Shown here: positions 27,972 to 37,379 of the stretch, one piece after another
How positions within the stretch are numbered: the first letter of the stretch is position 1
How the letters are laid out: the number at the start of each line of letters is the position of its first letter
IMG/VR virus record: IMGVR_UViG_3300049828_000145
Coordinates: 1-38,014 of that record
Direction: 5' to 3' (one strand)
Origin: a virus
Taxonomy: Duplodnaviria; Caudoviricetes
DNA: 38,014 nt
Program-made: the position numbers and the translations under genes
Notes under the pieces: generated by a model
Seen by the model: only the letters and a program-made list of their open reading frames with translations
What the model was told of the DNA's origin: nothing
Databases searched by the model: none

Positions 27972-29456
27972 ATGTTAAGTAACGATTTTTTCAATAAACT
28001 AAAAACGATGAACATGCAACCTGTTGGTGTTTCTCCTACAGCTAATACGACACCAATGTTTGCATCAAAAGCAAAGGAAGTTCCTGCACAACCTTCTCCA
28101 TTGCCTGAAGTGCCACAGACTCAAGCTCCTACAATCCCAACAGTACAAGAACAACCACAAGTTGCTCCAACTATATCAGACCAAGATGTAATCAACGCAA
28201 CCAATAAACTGACCTCTATGATGTATTCTAGTGGCAATACTGGTTCAGGTAATGTGATGGGAGATATTCTTAGACTGCAAGCAGAACAAGCTTCTGGCGC
28301 AAGAACAGGTCAAGGAATGTATGATTACGATAGGAACATGGGGTTATCTCCAGACCAGATTAGAAGCATAGAAAACGCTTCTGATAAGGTTTATGAAGAA
28401 AGGTACGGTGCTCTTGGACAAATGCTTGGGGCTGAGAAATCTATGGAGAAATCTTCAGTATCATCAAAATACGGCATAGATTCAATTCTTTCTGGTTTGT
28501 CGTCTCAAGGTGCTAGTAGAGTAAACTCATTAGCTGATAAATTCGATGCTTCTCCTATTGTCAAGAACTTTAACACGGTGCAAGCTTCAGCATTAAAAGC
28601 TAACGAGATACTTAATGACCTTAAGGGAAGGAGAGCAACAGCTGGTGACGATATGACACTTATGTATTTGTTTGCAAAAGCGCAAGACCCTGAATCTGTG
28701 GTGCGTGAAAGTGAGTATGAAAACGTTGCTCAATACTTTTCAAGTATGCCACAGAATGTTAAATACCAATTTAGTCGTCTGTACGAAGCAACTCCAGATG
28801 GGCGTTTAACAGACCAATCAAGAGCAAACATTTATAATAACCTTAACAAGGTGTACTCAGCGCAGAAAAGACAATACGATAACCTTAAGAAGGAGACTGT
28901 AAGAAAAATAAATCAGGTTGCAGGTAGTGAAATAGGGGAAGACTTATTGACAGACTACAATGCAGCTTACGAGTACAATAACGAACCATCTAACGACAAT
29001 AACGCTTTTATTGAAGCAGCTAAGTCAGAAGGGTGGTCTGATGAAGAAATACAGTCTTTCCTAGAAGGGAAACAGTCTTTTAACCAAGTTGGAAATACTA
29101 CAGCTTCCATACCTAAAACATCTAGGCTTGCTTATGTGAATAACAACCCTGGCAATCTAAGGTTTGCAGGACAACCTGGTGCTGTAAAAGGTGAAGGTGG
29201 GTTCGCTAAGTTTAGTTCCGTAGAGCAAGGGGTACAAGCATTAAAGAACCAGATTAGACTAGATTCTTCTCGTGGCTACACTCTTGGCGGTTTTATTAAC
29301 AAATATGCTCCACCTACAGAAAACAATACATCTCAGTATATAACACAAGCTGTAGATTTCCTTAAGGTTCCACCTACAACACCAATAAACCAGATACCTT
29401 TAGACCAGCTTACTAAGTTTATGGCATTAAAAGAAAGCTCAACAAAAATATCATAG
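27972..29456 (+). CDS. putative ejection protein 2 with C-terminal NNPGN-type muralytic domain
   Basis: NNNPGNLR...FAKFSSVEQGVQAL...TLGGFINKYAPPTENNT; start chosen at ATG 27972. Confidence 0.65.
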   Translation: MLSNDFFNKLKTMNMQPVGVSPTANTTPMFASKAKEVPAQPSPLPEVPQTQAPTIPTVQEQPQVAPTISDQDVINATNKLTSMMYSSGNTGSGNVMGDILRLQAEQASGARTGQGMYDYDRNMGLSPDQIRSIENASDKVYEERYGALGQMLGAEKSMEKSSVSSKYGIDSILSGLSSQGASRVNSLADKFDASPIVKNFNTVQASALKANEILNDLKGRRATAGDDMTLMYLFAKAQDPESVVRESEYENVAQYFSSMPQNVKYQFSRLYEATPDGRLTDQSRANIYNNLNKVYSAQKRQYDNLKKETVRKINQVAGSEIGEDLLTDYNAAYEYNNEPSNDNNAFIEAAKSEGWSDEEIQSFLEGKQSFNQVGNTTASIPKTSRLAYVNNNPGNLRFAGQPGAVKGEGGFAKFSSVEQGVQALKNQIRLDSSRGYTLGGFINKYAPPTENNTSQYITQAVDFLKVPPTTPINQIPLDQLTKFMALKESSTKIS

Positions 29457-29457
29457 T

Positions 29458-31998
29458 ATGAAATCATTAGAAGAACTATACAACCAAACACAGCCAAAGA
29501 CTCCTTCTCGAAGGTCTTTAGAAGATATATACGCTTCTTCTAGTGGCCAGACTAAAATACAACCACCTGTGGAGTTTGAACAACCTCTTATGGGTGCAAA
29601 CACAGGTTTACCTAAACGTATCGTATCTGGTGTTATAGAAGCTCCTACTGCCATCGGCGGAGGTGTAATGAACGCCATAAGAGCTGGTGGGAGAGCTGTT
29701 GGGATGGACACTCCTGCACAACCTTACGTTAAAAATATTTTTGGTGATAACGTTGACCCTGTTGGTTATAGAGGTGGTAAAGAACTCGGTGCACTAGATA
29801 CAGCTATACAGGGTGCGGCAGCTGTTGGTGAAACAGCGTTTAACTTTGCACCTATTGGTGTTGGTGGACAGGTTATAAAAACAGCAGGTACTGGGATGAA
29901 GTCTTGGATTCCAACTGTTCTTAAAGGTTCTCTACAAGTAGCTGGTGTTGGGTTTGGAGCTGGTGCAACAAATGAACTACGAGAGTCTGGCGACTTTTCA
30001 GACGCATTGGTTGAAGGTGGTAAAATGTCTCTTGTTGGTACTCCTTTAGGAGGTAGTTTAGCCGCGTTAGGTAAGTATACAAACGCTCCAATAGTTAATG
30101 CTCTCGTTAAAGCAAGAAAAGAAGCCGAGAACGTTGGTGACTTTGCTAGAATTGCTGAGATAGAAGCGATGCCAGAATGGAAGAGTTTTACCAAAGCAAA
30201 CAAATTAGATGACGCTAGTGTAAAAGCAAGAACAGATGCTCAGGTTACTGACCTAAAGAACACTTTAGTAAAAGACTTTAATGATGGTAAATTTACAGAC
30301 GCTGAGTTTGCTCTTAATCTACAAAAAGACGTAGATGGAGAATATGCTGAAGCTTTAAGGAATATCGTTTCTACATACGACAAAACAGGTAACAAAATGT
30401 CTGATACGGTGATGTTTGTACAAAACATGAACGAATCGCTACAGACATTAAGGAAACAAATTGCAGAAGACATCTCTCGTAACATAGATGACCCATTCAA
30501 AGGAATTACTCGCCAACAACTTAAAAATGATTTCTTTAATAAGCTAGAGTCTAATGGTGTTATCTATACACCATCCAATGCTGCTAAGTTCTTTGACGAG
30601 ACATATAATAACGTTACACGTAAAACAGGTGGCAAGTTCTCAATGGAAGCGTTAGATAAACTAAGGCTTAATGCTAACCAGAAGTATGACAACACTGGCC
30701 AGCTGGCTGATTTTTGGAAAGCTTTAGGTATGACTTCAAGGGACACGCTAGAAGGAACCATAGAAGCCCTTAAGCAGTCTAACCTAGACCAAGACCTACT
30801 AGACATACTTAATAACTATAAAGAAATTAACAGGCTTTGGTCTGTAGGTATTAAGACAGAAGAAGCAGCTAATAAACTTACTAAGTATTTCAATAAAAGA
30901 ACAAGTAAGTTAGCAAATATGCTAGGTGGTACAACAGCTATGGTTGGTACAGGAAACCCACTTGGGTATGTTGCTGGTGCACAGCTTACTGACTGGGCTC
31001 AACAGGCTCTTACCATAAATATGAAGAATAAGATGCTGAAAGGTGGCACTGCTGCATCTGTTACTGATTTACCTGGTACTGCTATACGAAAAGGAGCCCC
31101 TACCTTGCTAACAAAGCTTGCAGACAGGTCAAAATCTAAAGTAGAAGAAAACAATAAACTTAAAGAGTTACTAAAGATTCAGGAAGAAAACCGATATAAA
31201 GCAGACTCAGAACTGCCTACCATAGACATGGGGGCTGGTAAAGTTGAGCCATCATCTAAGGTTAAACGTGCTCAGGAAGCTGATTCTAAGTTGCCGTCAA
31301 TAGATTACTCTAAGATAGACGAAGTAGAAGAAGCTAAAGCCATAAGGGTTGCTGAAGAAAATCGTTACAAGCCTGATTCAGAACTGCCAGTTATTGATTT
31401 TGGTAATAAAACCAAGAAGAAGACGAAACAACAAAAAGCTGATTCAAAACTTCCTGTTATAAAATCTTTGCTTGGTATAGGCGCTGTTGCTGGAGCTTCA
31501 AAAGAGACAGAAGCTTCTACGTTTAAAGAAAATAAAAACAAAGAAGAGTTAGCAAAGATAGATAGTGCTATCGAAAAAATAACTAAAGAATCTGAGACAA
31601 TAGCTCCGATGATTAGTAGGAAATATATAAAGACCTTAGTAGACCAAGAATCATCACTTGGAAGAAATGAACTACATAGAACTGGTGATGAAGGTAAATA
31701 CGGGTGGGTGGTTGGTTTCACTAAAGACACATGGGAAGACATTAACAAAAAAGCTAAGACATCTAAGAAATGGAGTAATCTGCGAAACTCTATGCCAGGG
31801 TTTGAAACACCTGAAGACGCTCTTAAATCAGCGATAATATACTCTCAGTTCTTGTTAAGAGACCACACAAAAGAACAACTACCTAGTTCTACTGGAAAAG
31901 AATGGAAGAATATCTCAGCCGCAGAATTATATAAACTATACAACGGCGGTGGTAACAAAAGAGCTAAAGAAGACTTTGAGTCTAGGTGGTCAGAATAA
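29458..31998 (+). CDS. putative large ejection protein 3 with C-terminal SLT-like domain
   Basis: 846 aa; G/A-rich hydrophobic segments; LVDQESS...GFTKDTW...LYNGG lytic transglycosylase-like motifs. Confidence 0.6.
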   Translation: MKSLEELYNQTQPKTPSRRSLEDIYASSSGQTKIQPPVEFEQPLMGANTGLPKRIVSGVIEAPTAIGGGVMNAIRAGGRAVGMDTPAQPYVKNIFGDNVDPVGYRGGKELGALDTAIQGAAAVGETAFNFAPIGVGGQVIKTAGTGMKSWIPTVLKGSLQVAGVGFGAGATNELRESGDFSDALVEGGKMSLVGTPLGGSLAALGKYTNAPIVNALVKARKEAENVGDFARIAEIEAMPEWKSFTKANKLDDASVKARTDAQVTDLKNTLVKDFNDGKFTDAEFALNLQKDVDGEYAEALRNIVSTYDKTGNKMSDTVMFVQNMNESLQTLRKQIAEDISRNIDDPFKGITRQQLKNDFFNKLESNGVIYTPSNAAKFFDETYNNVTRKTGGKFSMEALDKLRLNANQKYDNTGQLADFWKALGMTSRDTLEGTIEALKQSNLDQDLLDILNNYKEINRLWSVGIKTEEAANKLTKYFNKRTSKLANMLGGTTAMVGTGNPLGYVAGAQLTDWAQQALTINMKNKMLKGGTAASVTDLPGTAIRKGAPTLLTKLADRSKSKVEENNKLKELLKIQEENRYKADSELPTIDMGAGKVEPSSKVKRAQEADSKLPSIDYSKIDEVEEAKAIRVAEENRYKPDSELPVIDFGNKTKKKTKQQKADSKLPVIKSLLGIGAVAGASKETEASTFKENKNKEELAKIDSAIEKITKESETIAPMISRKYIKTLVDQESSLGRNELHRTGDEGKYGWVVGFTKDTWEDINKKAKTSKKWSNLRNSMPGFETPEDALKSAIIYSQFLLRDHTKEQLPSSTGKEWKNISAAELYKLYNGGGNKRAKEDFESRWSE

Positions 31999-32026
31999 AG
32001 AATAGCCCCATTGAGGGGCTTTTCTT
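31999..32026. terminator. bidirectional intrinsic terminator between convergent arms
   Basis: aaagaat-agcccc-attga-ggggct-tttctt. Confidence 0.85.
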
Positions 32027-32420
32027 ATACATAACCTAGTATTCTAGCACATGACCACATTCTTATTTGTCCTTTTGATATATTCTTTGCTAGAAAGTCT
32101 ATAGCAAACTCTGGGTCTGTTGCTTGCTCTTTGGTTATATTAGGATGTGAAGGGAGGTGAATTTGAACAAGTCCCCAAGAATCCTCACGCGTGCCGTTGC
32201 TGATAATTCTACTTTGTAAATTAGTGTCCCATTCTCTGTTTTCACAGTTGATTATGTTAATCATCACAGATTCTGAAACCCCGTACTCTTTAGACTTTAT
32301 TCCAACGAGTTCTCGTGGAGTAGGTGTATGAGTAGTTACAACCTCTATTGCTGGTGCAGACGATACAGTAGTGTTTACTGTAAAAAGAATACACCCAAGC
32401 AGTGTTATAATTTTTTTCAT
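32025..32420 (-). CDS. secreted lytic transglycosylase (SLT-like), putative endolysin
   Basis: MKKIITLLGCILF signal-like N-terminus; IINCE catalytic Glu, SWGLVQI, ATDPEFAIDF, W-S-C; start set at ATG 32420. Confidence 0.75.
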   Translation of the reverse strand: MKKIITLLGCILFTVNTTVSSAPAIEVVTTHTPTPRELVGIKSKEYGVSESVMINIINCENREWDTNLQSRIISNGTREDSWGLVQIHLPSHPNITKEQATDPEFAIDFLAKNISKGQIRMWSCARILGYV

Positions 32421-32480
32421 ATTACCCAATTAACGACTATTGGGGTCGCTTGTGTAGGACAAGTTTTACTCTACTATATA

Positions 32481-32509
32481 AGTATAGCAACTGGTTAAAC
32501 GGTCTGCAA
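32481..32509 (-). promoter_or_regulatory. extended -10 promoter for the lysin gene
   Basis: Minus-strand TTGCAG-17 bp-TATACT with TGn. Confidence 0.7.
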
Positions 32510-32587
32510 GCTCCAATATGGGTTATTTTTCTTACTTTGTTCGTAGGTCTCCCATTCTTTAGTAAGTTTATTGTAATACCTTGTCAT
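32495..32587 (-). CDS. very small hypothetical peptide (30 aa)
   Basis: MTRYYNKLTKEWETYEQSKKNNPYWSLQTV* after dnaB. Confidence 0.4.
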   Translation of the reverse strand: MTRYYNKLTKEWETYEQSKKNNPYWSLQTV

Positions 32588-32599
32588 GGTAATGTTATA

Positions 32600-33898
32600 C
32601 TACCAATTTAAATCTTTGTCAACTTCCTGAAAAACCATCTTAGCCCCATCGAAACTTAGAGGAACCTCAAAAGTTGCTCCGTTACGGTTCTTTTCTACTA
32701 GTAAGTCAATGTCTCTCATTCCTAACTCATTGGTTTGAGTATCGGAGCTGTGTAGAAACATTACTATATCAGCATCTTGCTCTATAGAACCAGAATCACG
32801 TAGGTCTGACAATCTAGGTTTACCACCTCTGTGCTCTACATTACGAGACAATTGGCTTAAAGCTAAGATTGGTATATTAAACTCCATAGCAAGTAGTTTA
32901 AGCCCTCTTGATATTTCACCAACTATCTGAACCATACTGTCTTTACCGTTACCAGCTGCCATCAATTGTAGATAGTCAACTATTACAAACCCAACAGGTT
33001 GTTTATGTTTAGCGTTATGATTCTTTATCGCTCGTTTAATGTCTTTTAATGTAATACTTGGTTTATCGTGGAAGTATAAAGGTATATTACTTAGAATGTC
33101 TGATGAAATCTTTAACGCTTCGTATTCGTTATCATTTATCTTACCAGTTCTTATGTTGCCAAGTTCCACCTTAGATTCAGAAGCAAGTAATCTTTGCATT
33201 AACTGGTCTGTTGCCATTTCCAAAGAGAACATTAAAACTGACGTATTACTGTACATTGCAACATTTTTAGCTAGTTGTAAAGCAAAAGATGATTTACCTC
33301 TTGCTGGTCTAGCAGCTAGAATCATTAGGTCTGATTTGTGAAAACCACTTAAGTGTAGGTCTATAGAACCAAACCCAGAAGATATACCAACAACATCTAA
33401 TGGGTTAAGTCGTAGTTTGTCTATACCACTCATAACTTCATCTGATGCTTGTTTAGATGAAATCTCTTCTGAGCCTACTAGTACATTGATGTCTGATATT
33501 GACTTAACCAGTGAATCTATTATCTCGTCTGGGTTTTGGTTTGTGTCAAGTGTTTTAGCTTGTACTTCAACAGATACTAAATTTAGTTTTCTTAATGTGC
33601 TAAGACGTTTAACGTTATCAGCATAGTATCTATAGTTAGAAGAACTACCGACAAACGACATCAGCTCTGCACAGAAAACAGAAACACTGGCGTCATTCGT
33701 TGTTACTGATATTAGGTCTACAGGTTCACCAGAAGATTCAAGTTGTTTAATTATATAGAACACCTTTGAACAGTCTTGGTTTAGAAAATCATGGTGAGAT
33801 ATATCATCTATTGATTCAAGTATCTCTGGAGATAGTAGTATAGAAGACAACAGTGACTTCTCAAATGTTTCAGTGAATTGTATTTGGTTGTTTTCCAT
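32600..33898 (-). CDS. dnaB: replicative DNA helicase
   Basis: AARPARGKS, FSLEM, VDYLQL, LSQLSR, SDLRDSGSIEQDAD, KNRNG. Confidence 0.97.
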   Translation of the reverse strand: MENNQIQFTETFEKSLLSSILLSPEILESIDDISHHDFLNQDCSKVFYIIKQLESSGEPVDLISVTTNDASVSVFCAELMSFVGSSSNYRYYADNVKRLSTLRKLNLVSVEVQAKTLDTNQNPDEIIDSLVKSISDINVLVGSEEISSKQASDEVMSGIDKLRLNPLDVVGISSGFGSIDLHLSGFHKSDLMILAARPARGKSSFALQLAKNVAMYSNTSVLMFSLEMATDQLMQRLLASESKVELGNIRTGKINDNEYEALKISSDILSNIPLYFHDKPSITLKDIKRAIKNHNAKHKQPVGFVIVDYLQLMAAGNGKDSMVQIVGEISRGLKLLAMEFNIPILALSQLSRNVEHRGGKPRLSDLRDSGSIEQDADIVMFLHSSDTQTNELGMRDIDLLVEKNRNGATFEVPLSFDGAKMVFQEVDKDLNW

Positions 33899-33899
33899 T

Positions 33900-34415
33900 T
33901 TAAGAAAGGTGTCTTTTATCTACTGGTAATAACTCACTAAACTCATCCAAGTTTTCTGTATAAATCTCCCATAAGTCAGACCAATACTTTAACTTTTCTT
34001 TGTCTTTCCATTCTATCAAAAATAACTGCTTTTTACCAAGACCGTTATCCACAATTTTAGCAATTTTTGTTTCTATCATAAACTGTGTCTTAACATCAAG
34101 CAATCCATAACCTTTCTCGTATTTACTTGTTTTACTTAAGTAACCATGTTTAGCGTGGAACTCTTCCAAAGTCTCCATGCTCTTAAATCTTCCTACTCTT
34201 CTGACAATCTTATTAGAATCAGATATTGTTCCTATGTCAGCCAGTGTGCCAGACCACGTTCCGTCTATTGTGTCGATAAATAACGGTCTCATGTTTAAGT
34301 TCAAACCACCAGCCAAGAACTCTTTTTTAGCAACGTCAACAAGTTCTCTTATTTCATAAGCTTTCTCCTCTGAAACAATTAGTTCATCGTAATTTCTTGT
34401 TGTTATCTTAGCCAT
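33900..34415 (-). CDS. hypothetical protein
   Basis: 171-aa ORF packed between nuclease and helicase. Confidence 0.75.
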   Translation of the reverse strand: MAKITTRNYDELIVSEEKAYEIRELVDVAKKEFLAGGLNLNMRPLFIDTIDGTWSGTLADIGTISDSNKIVRRVGRFKSMETLEEFHAKHGYLSKTSKYEKGYGLLDVKTQFMIETKIAKIVDNGLGKKQLFLIEWKDKEKLKYWSDLWEIYTENLDEFSELLPVDKRHLS

Positions 34416-34416
34416 G

Positions 34417-35286
34417 TTACCAGAATAATGACTTATACTTCTTATATGTGTTGAATATATCTAATGTAGCCTTAAGCATCGTTCTGTCATCTTGGTCGTT
34501 TGTACTAACCCATGAGTCAGTAAATGTCCCGTCTTTCTTAGCAAGGTTAATTCTTCTGGCTTCTATCTTCTGTGAGTTAAGTGCTGATAGTGTATCCTTG
34601 TACGTGTTGTTCTTGTCTGTCATCATCCATTCAAGCATAAACTGATACCCCATAAGTTGAGTAAAATAGTCGAGAGAATAAACACCAGTGGATGTTTTAT
34701 GGTCTTGTAATTCAATTTTACCATCTCTCAATACAAGTCTATCAAAAGTTCCAGCAACCCAGTTAGTCCATTCTTCTTTAGGTGATTCTGGGTTAGAAGG
34801 AGCAAACACAAGCAATTCTTGAGCTATCGTATGTGTAGAAGTCATTATGTCATTATCAATAACTTTCTTAGCTACCTTATCTTCTGGAGAATCAGTCCAA
34901 TTGTAAACTAGTCCGTTCTGTTTTGCTATTGTTGCGAGTTCAATTATATTGTGAACCTTCTTGCCGAAATCTTTTGAATAGTCAGACTTCTTAGTATGAG
35001 CTCTCACAGCTTCTTCTATTGGTTCACCTGCAAGTAATGCTTTCTTTACTTCCCCTACAGCCCAGTTTATTAGCGTGTCTGATTTAGACATAGCGGCTCC
35101 AGTGTCTTTATTAAATGTTACTGAACCTACTGGTTTCTGTATTGTTGTCATTCCGTAAACTTCATGTTTGTTTCCATCTGGGTGTATAATCCAGTATTTA
35201 TGTTTATCATCGTTGTAGCACAATCTAAAGCCATGAGCTTGTACTTCTTTGTCTACTGGTAATGTGTCTAGGTTTATTTTTGACAT
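34417..35286 (-). CDS. PD-(D/E)XK exonuclease
   Basis: GKKVH...E, VAGTFD...LQDHKTS...QLMGY. Confidence 0.8.
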   Translation of the reverse strand: MSKINLDTLPVDKEVQAHGFRLCYNDDKHKYWIIHPDGNKHEVYGMTTIQKPVGSVTFNKDTGAAMSKSDTLINWAVGEVKKALLAGEPIEEAVRAHTKKSDYSKDFGKKVHNIIELATIAKQNGLVYNWTDSPEDKVAKKVIDNDIMTSTHTIAQELLVFAPSNPESPKEEWTNWVAGTFDRLVLRDGKIELQDHKTSTGVYSLDYFTQLMGYQFMLEWMMTDKNNTYKDTLSALNSQKIEARRINLAKKDGTFTDSWVSTNDQDDRTMLKATLDIFNTYKKYKSLFW

Positions 35287-35290
35287 AAGT

Positions 35291-35422
35291 TTATTTATAT
35301 ATTTTTAATTTCTTTCTTTCGTTTCTTTGTTTGTCCTGACACTGTTTGCAAATATTTCTTTTACAGTAGTTTATTCTGTGTATTTCTAACATGCAAGTGT
35401 CACAGTTTGTAATAAATGTCAT
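35291..35422 (-). CDS. small zinc-finger protein (43 aa)
   Basis: MTFITNCDTCMLEIHRINYCKRNICKQCQDKQRNERKKLKIYK*; two CxxC pairs. Confidence 0.6.
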   Translation of the reverse strand: MTFITNCDTCMLEIHRINYCKRNICKQCQDKQRNERKKLKIYK

Positions 35423-35437
35423 ACTCTATTCTTTAAT

Positions 35438-35459
35438 TAGTTTCTTTACTTCTGATAGA
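35438..35459. repeat. 22-bp direct repeat, copy 1 (flanks the MTase)
   Basis: tagtttctttacttctgataga; 21/22 identical to 36460-36481. Confidence 0.85.
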
Positions 35460-35471
35460 AGGGTTGTCTCA

Positions 35472-36446
35472 TTACAGGGGTAACTTAATAAAACTTAATA
35501 TATGAGCTACTACATCCACATTGAAAGCATTACCACAGCATTTATAGCGTTGGCTATTACTAATTCCTTCAGTGTAGTTGTCGGGCAATCCCTGTAATCT
35601 TTCTGTCTCTATGGGGTGTAATTTTCTGTAGGTACCATGCGTTGTCTCATACAGTCCTGTCTTAGCCCCACGACCACCACCAAGAGCAGACAGTGTTACT
35701 GACTTACCTTCAATGCTATAAACTCTATCTCCTTGTCCACCTTTATTAAACTCACCCACCTTTATCAACTGTCGTGATGACTTCTCAAAGTAATCTCTCG
35801 GACAAGCTCGTGAGTATGTAGCAGTAACACAGAGTGACTTTTCTTTTGTCTCAATGCCATCAATCAGAATATCTTTAAGTAAGATACCTTTGTCTTTTGG
35901 TAATGTTACGTTTGGTATATTAGTCCAGAATAGTCTTTTACGTTGTTGTGCTGATACAAGTGCAGCGTTAATCATTATTGGTTGTACTCCTAGTGTTTCA
36001 CTTATCAAGTCCTTTGCCTCCTTTGGCATACTTGCTACGTTCTCAAGAATAAAATACTTAGGCTTTACTTCCTCTAAGATACGAACATACTCCCAGAACA
36101 AACCAGAGCGTTCACCGTCTAGTCCTTTTCTGTCACGCTTTGCAATAGATAGGTCTTGGCAAGGAGAGCCTCCGATAAGGAGGTCAATTCCTGTGTTTGG
36201 TCTGACTAAAACCGAAGTCCATGCGGGGTCGTTGTTTATAATGTCAGAATAAAATACACCATTCCTATAATCGTATAAAATGCTTTTTACATCTCCAATG
36301 TGGACAATATCAGGATAATTTTTATTACTCACTTGTATCGCATACTTATCAATCTCACTAGCATAGTATGCTTCTACTGGTATTCCTGCTCGTTCTAGTG
36401 CTACTCTTGCACAACTGATTCCATCGAATAGTGATAATACTTTCAT
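35472..36446 (-). CDS. orphan DNA (cytosine-5) methyltransferase
   Basis: Motifs I SLFDG, IV GGSPCQD, VI ENV, VIII QQRKR, IX ERLQGLP, X GNAF. Confidence 0.95.
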   Translation of the reverse strand: MKVLSLFDGISCARVALERAGIPVEAYYASEIDKYAIQVSNKNYPDIVHIGDVKSILYDYRNGVFYSDIINNDPAWTSVLVRPNTGIDLLIGGSPCQDLSIAKRDRKGLDGERSGLFWEYVRILEEVKPKYFILENVASMPKEAKDLISETLGVQPIMINAALVSAQQRKRLFWTNIPNVTLPKDKGILLKDILIDGIETKEKSLCVTATYSRACPRDYFEKSSRQLIKVGEFNKGGQGDRVYSIEGKSVTLSALGGGRGAKTGLYETTHGTYRKLHPIETERLQGLPDNYTEGISNSQRYKCCGNAFNVDVVAHILSFIKLPL

Positions 36447-36450
36447 ATTG

Positions 36451-36849
36451 TTATTGTAATAGTTTTTTTACTTCTGATAGAGCATCGTTTCTTCTGGTTG
36501 ACGGTATAAATATTTCTCCGTTCATGTTTTCATCTGTTTCTAGTAACTCATCAATTTTACCTAGTAGCTCTTCTTTGTATTGGGTGCGTATTACTTCAAT
36601 GGCTTTTAAAGGTGATGAGTAACACTCTTTTTCTGCTTCCTCCCTACCTTCTTCTCTTGCTTTCTCTTCACGGGAGGAGAGGAGTTCTCTAAAAGCATTT
36701 ATAATTTCTTCTTCTGCAATAACTAAGTCACCATGGTCAGGTAGTTCTAACTGTCTAAACCATTGTAGGTTATCCCTCACTATCATTTGAATACTGAATG
36801 GGACTCCTTCACTTTTTGTACTGTTTGTTTCTAATGTCTTTTCTTGCAT
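36451..36849 (-). CDS. hypothetical protein
   Basis: 132-aa ORF; REEKAREEGREE low-complexity helix. Confidence 0.7.
   Translation of the reverse strand: MQEKTLETNSTKSEGVPFSIQMIVRDNLQWFRQLELPDHGDLVIAEEEIINAFRELLSSREEKAREEGREEAEKECYSSPLKAIEVIRTQYKEELLGKIDELLETDENMNGEIFIPSTRRNDALSEVKKLLQ
36460..36481. repeat. 22-bp direct repeat, copy 2
   Basis: tagtttttttacttctgataga, at the 3' end of ORF 36451-36849. Confidence 0.85.
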
Positions 36850-36861
36850 GGTGTGTGGGTA

Positions 36862-37368
36862 TTATTTATGTTCCTTATTGTGAATAATTTTCATATTTAT
36901 CCAACCTTGTGGGGCTAATCCCCATGGTTGCGTTATTCCTATTTCGCTTTGACAGTATGGACAGTTTTGTGGGTCTTTCATATACATCTGCTTCTTAAGG
37001 GCTTCTAAGGCAACTCTCTTATACTTCGTAGTATTTACTAATATATCTCCTTCAAATAATTCTAAGTCTAAACAAAACTCTGGGTATCTTTCTTGCATCC
37101 TTTGGAAGTACTCTACTATTTCTTTGCACTTTCTCTCCTCTGCCTTACGAATCTCTGCTCTAATAATGCTATCTATTTGTTCATCATCGTCTACATAGTT
37201 GTAAGCTCCGAGGTATCTTAGTTTACTCTCCCACTCTTCTGGTTGTGGGAAATGACACTTACATTCGCATGTAACACCATACTTTTCTGGAAGTTCAAAT
37301 ATTTCGTTTGGTTTACAATGTCCACATGCTACTGTTTCCCCAACATTTACATAGTTTATTTCCTTCAT
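36862..37368 (-). CDS. hypothetical Cys-rich protein
   Basis: 168 aa; CGHC, CECKCH, CPYC. Confidence 0.7.
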   Translation of the reverse strand: MKEINYVNVGETVACGHCKPNEIFELPEKYGVTCECKCHFPQPEEWESKLRYLGAYNYVDDDEQIDSIIRAEIRKAEERKCKEIVEYFQRMQERYPEFCLDLELFEGDILVNTTKYKRVALEALKKQMYMKDPQNCPYCQSEIGITQPWGLAPQGWINMKIIHNKEHK

Positions 37369-37379
37369 TTCTTTATAAG

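Noticed and set aside
4630-31748. Many antisense and alternate-frame ORFs in the track
   Set aside because: Shadows of long, well-supported genes with no protein motifs
34417-35286. Cas4 / CRISPR association of the nuclease
   Set aside because: No Fe-S cysteine cluster, and no cas genes or repeat-spacer array seen in the window
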